Shown here: one piece after another, positions 60,890 to 64,000 of the stretch | Position numbering within the stretch: position 1 is the first letter of the stretch | Layout of the letters: every line of letters begins with the position of its first letter | Assembly: GCF_032444005.1 (NCBI RefSeq) | Contig: NC_091285.1 | Location: 661,354,001 to 661,418,000, forward strand | Length of the DNA: 64,000 bases | Reading direction: 5' to 3' | From: Ranitomeya imitator | Lineage: Eukaryota | The notes under the pieces: generated by a model | Seen by the model: the letters and a program-made list of their open reading frames with translations, nothing else | Told to the model about the DNA's origin: nothing | Database searches by the model: none | Translations under genes and position numbers: made by a program

Positions 60890-61642
60890 TCGATGCCTCA
60901 TAGGTCCTCAACTGGCAGCTTCATTAAATAGTACAAGCAAAATGCCAGTGTCCACATCTATAGTGAAGAGGCGACTCCGGGATGCTGGCCTTCAGGGCAG
61001 AGTGTCAAAGAAAAAGCCATATCTGAGGCTGGCTAATAAAAGGAAAAGATTAATATGGGCAAAAGAACACAGACATTGGACAGAGGAAGATTGGAAAAAA
61101 GTGTTATGGACAGACAAATCCAAGTTTGAGGTGTTTGGATCACACAGAATAACATTTGTGAGATGCAGAACTGAAAAGATGCTGGAAGAGTGCCTGACGC
61201 CATCTGTCAAGCATGGTGGAGGTAATGTGATGGTCTGAGGTTGCATTAGTGCTGGTAAAGTGGGAGATTTGTACAAGGTAAAAGGGATTTTGAATAAGGA
61301 AGGACCGTATGATACGCAAAAAGTGTCCATCAAACCAAACCAACTTGTGGTAGGGGCTTCTGGAAGCATGGGGTAAAATTTCTCCAGATTACCTCAGCAA
61401 ATTACCTGCTAGAATGCCAAAGGTCTGCAATGCTGGAATTGCTGCAAAGGGAGAATTCTGTGACAAAAGCAAAGTTTGAAGGAGAAAATTATTATTTCAA
61501 ATAAAAATCTTTATTTCAAACATTGTCAATGTCTGGACTAGATTTTCAATTTATTTGTCAACTAATTTGATTAATAAAAGTATGAGTTTTCATGGAAAAC
61601 ACAAAATTGTCTGGGTGACCCTAAACTTTTGAACGGTAGTGT
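60890..61642 (+). mobile_element. Internally deleted Tc1-family fragment
   Basis: VKRRLRDAGLQGRVSKKKPYL, WKKVLWTDKSKFEVFG and PSVKHGGGNVMV; right TIR CCTAAACTTTTGAACGGTAGTG followed by TA. Confidence 0.85.
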
Positions 61643-62274
61643 ATAAAGATGATATTGATAATTTACATGCATATATATAATGGATAAACTAAAGAGCCAG
61701 ATCAGTACCAGATTAGAGAGATATACATGTATAGACAGTATTAAAACATATATGCACACATAGATTAGTCTGCAGAACCAGATCAATACTGGATTAGAAT
61801 ATTGTATGTGCATATATAATATAATTTTGTACATATGTATGGAATAAAAAAGGCCAAATCAATATTAGATCAGAGACTATTAAATGTATAGAGCAGTATG
61901 AAAGATAACATTAATAGAAACAATAGCTGGTCTGCAGAACCAGATAAATTCCAGTTTATATTGTTGCACATATATTATATATTGACCCCAGGTGATACCA
62001 GATGGCTTATGTATCCCTGAGATGCCTTAAAATCACTCTGCCTGACAGCGGAGGTTGGCACACTAACTTGCAAGGTCTTTCGCAACCCCGCTCCATGGCA
62101 GCTCTCCCTAGATATCCCTATATGTCACCATTGTAATGCACATTTATAGGACATCCTATACTTGACATAGTCCAACTATCTAGTAGAGAAGACAAAGGGA
62201 GAGCAATGTATGAGATAAACAGCAATTATACTTTTCAATGTGATATTCATGTATACTACGTACTATGACTACAC

Positions 62275-62743
62275 TGTGTCACTTCTCACGGACAAGCTGT
62301 TAGTTGGAATAGTCAAGGAGTCCGATCTCAAAAGCCAGGTTACATCTTAAACAGAGGGAAGAAACAAAGGCATAGACAGGTAATGGTCTGAGATCAAAAT
62401 ACCAGGAGGATAGCGGATCATGCAAAGGGGTTAAATAGGCGGATGGTCGGAACGAGGTCCAAGGTCAGGCAACAAAAGATCAACAAAGAGAACACAAGGC
62501 ACACAGAGACATTCCACACAAAAAATGAATGTACGTATGGCCGAGGTCTGGGACTAACAGCCCAGTTAAGTAACCAGGCAATCACCTGGGACAATGAACA
62601 CCTGGAGACAGCCAGCACCTCCCAGTCTCAGATTGGACGAGCTGTCAATCAAAAAACCAACAGTTCAGCATGCCCCTGCGCCAGATTGGATGTCTGAGCT
62701 GTCAGTAACTGCATCCCAGACACTGAGCGGTGGAATCATGACA
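62275..62743 (-). mobile_element. Solo LTR-like element related to 31310-31798
   Basis: TGTG...CATGACA termini; reverse-complement similarity to 31310-31798. Confidence 0.5.
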
Positions 62744-64000
62744 ATAGCTTAAACTGCTGCCCACAATAATACATCTTTTGGGTTTGGTTCCAGAGGAGAC
62801 CAGATCACAAGAAAAGAAGAGAACTGTATCTAATTAATGTAAATGTGTGCAGAGAAGAAATGCTGTCCCAAAACCCACTAGGAGGCACTACGATGCAATG
62901 AAGATGGTGAGAAAAGTCATTGCACGGAGAGTGTGAGTGGAAGTCGGGACAAAGCCCTAGACTGCCAGGACAGCGGGACCACCCACTCAAATCAGGACAG
63001 TCCCGGGGAATCCAGAACAGTCGGGAACTTTGGTATTAGCAGACAGTATCACTATATGTAGGATTAGATACACTGGTATCACAGGATAGTATCACTATGT
63101 GTAGCATTAGATACACTGGTATCAGAAGTTAGCATTAGATACCACTATGTGTAGCATTAGATACACTTGTATCAGCAGACAGTATCACCAATGATTGTCA
63201 TAGCTACATTATATCAGCAGTCGGTATCACACATTATAGGGTTAGATACATTTGTTCAGCACATATCATCACACAGGACTGGCTGTGCCTGGGGTTATCT
63301 TTCATGTGTGATTATATGATGAATGATGATCACACACCTCTATATACCTCTATGCACTCTATTTTTTGAGCATCACCCTGGATATGTCCCTTGGTTGTAC
63401 ATGCGATCCGTGCACCCATCTATGGGACATTTGTGTTTGGGTTTAGGAAGACAACCCGGCCCTACTATTAACAATGGCAGGATGTGAGCGCACTGTGTCT
63501 GACCACCACATTTCCCTATAGATAACCAGACGGTACTGAAGACTAATGACACTGACGTCATGGATATAATGAGTCTCATAGCCACGTGCAGAGCGATCCA
63601 GTGACAGGAACAGGGGCACTTTCACTACAGAATGCAGATATGTTTATTGGGATAACTGGCGCGATTTCGGTTAATCGAGGTTGTGGAAATCGGATGTGAC
63701 CATAGCTCAACTGAACCCCAAAAGTGATCTCCTGTAGAGAGCTTAAAGGTTGCTTAAACATTTGCAACCAATTATTTCATCACTTCAGTTGATTTACCTT
63801 AAAATATAAACTTTGAAAATCGTCTTGCTCTTCCGTTTTGTGTGTACAGCTCCTATGCAGGCCTATATGTCTCTCTATCAACACAATATGGGTACAAAAA
63901 GAGTAGTTTTATCCTAGTGTCATAGAAAGGTGTCACATATTTGGTTAGGGTTTGTTTGCATTCCATGGTCATAGACACATATAGGTTTGTATAGGAGCTG

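Overview
Eukaryotic, repeat-saturated genomic DNA with two assembly gaps (N runs at about 5155-5320 and 39753-39917). The repeat landscape suggests a vertebrate, most likely a frog (inference). I found no supportable host gene, rRNA, tRNA gene or CRISPR array. The window is a stack of nested mobile elements: two Ty3/Gypsy elements of Tf1/sushi type (one cut by the window edge, one full length with a fused gag-pol split by a TTAA-flanked 4.3 kb insert), solo LTRs, a deleted Gmr1-like Gypsy, an ORF1-only L1-like (HAL1-like) element with a TSD, CR1/L2/old L1 fragments, Tc1/mariner, Tc2-like, Harbinger and T2/Kolobok-type MITEs, Helitrons, Penelope-like remnants with minimal hammerhead ribozyme motifs, and many minisatellites. 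The main observations are: (1) a ~29.4 kb TTAA-bounded segment (26252-55645) that splits a solo LTR whose 6-bp TSD GACGTC is still intact 30 kb apart; (2) an ORF1-only L1-like element with a ~750-aa ORF1; (3) three hammerhead ribozyme motifs; (4) self-priming signatures in two unrelated LTR families; (5) telomere-like repeats carried inside a piggyBac-like element.
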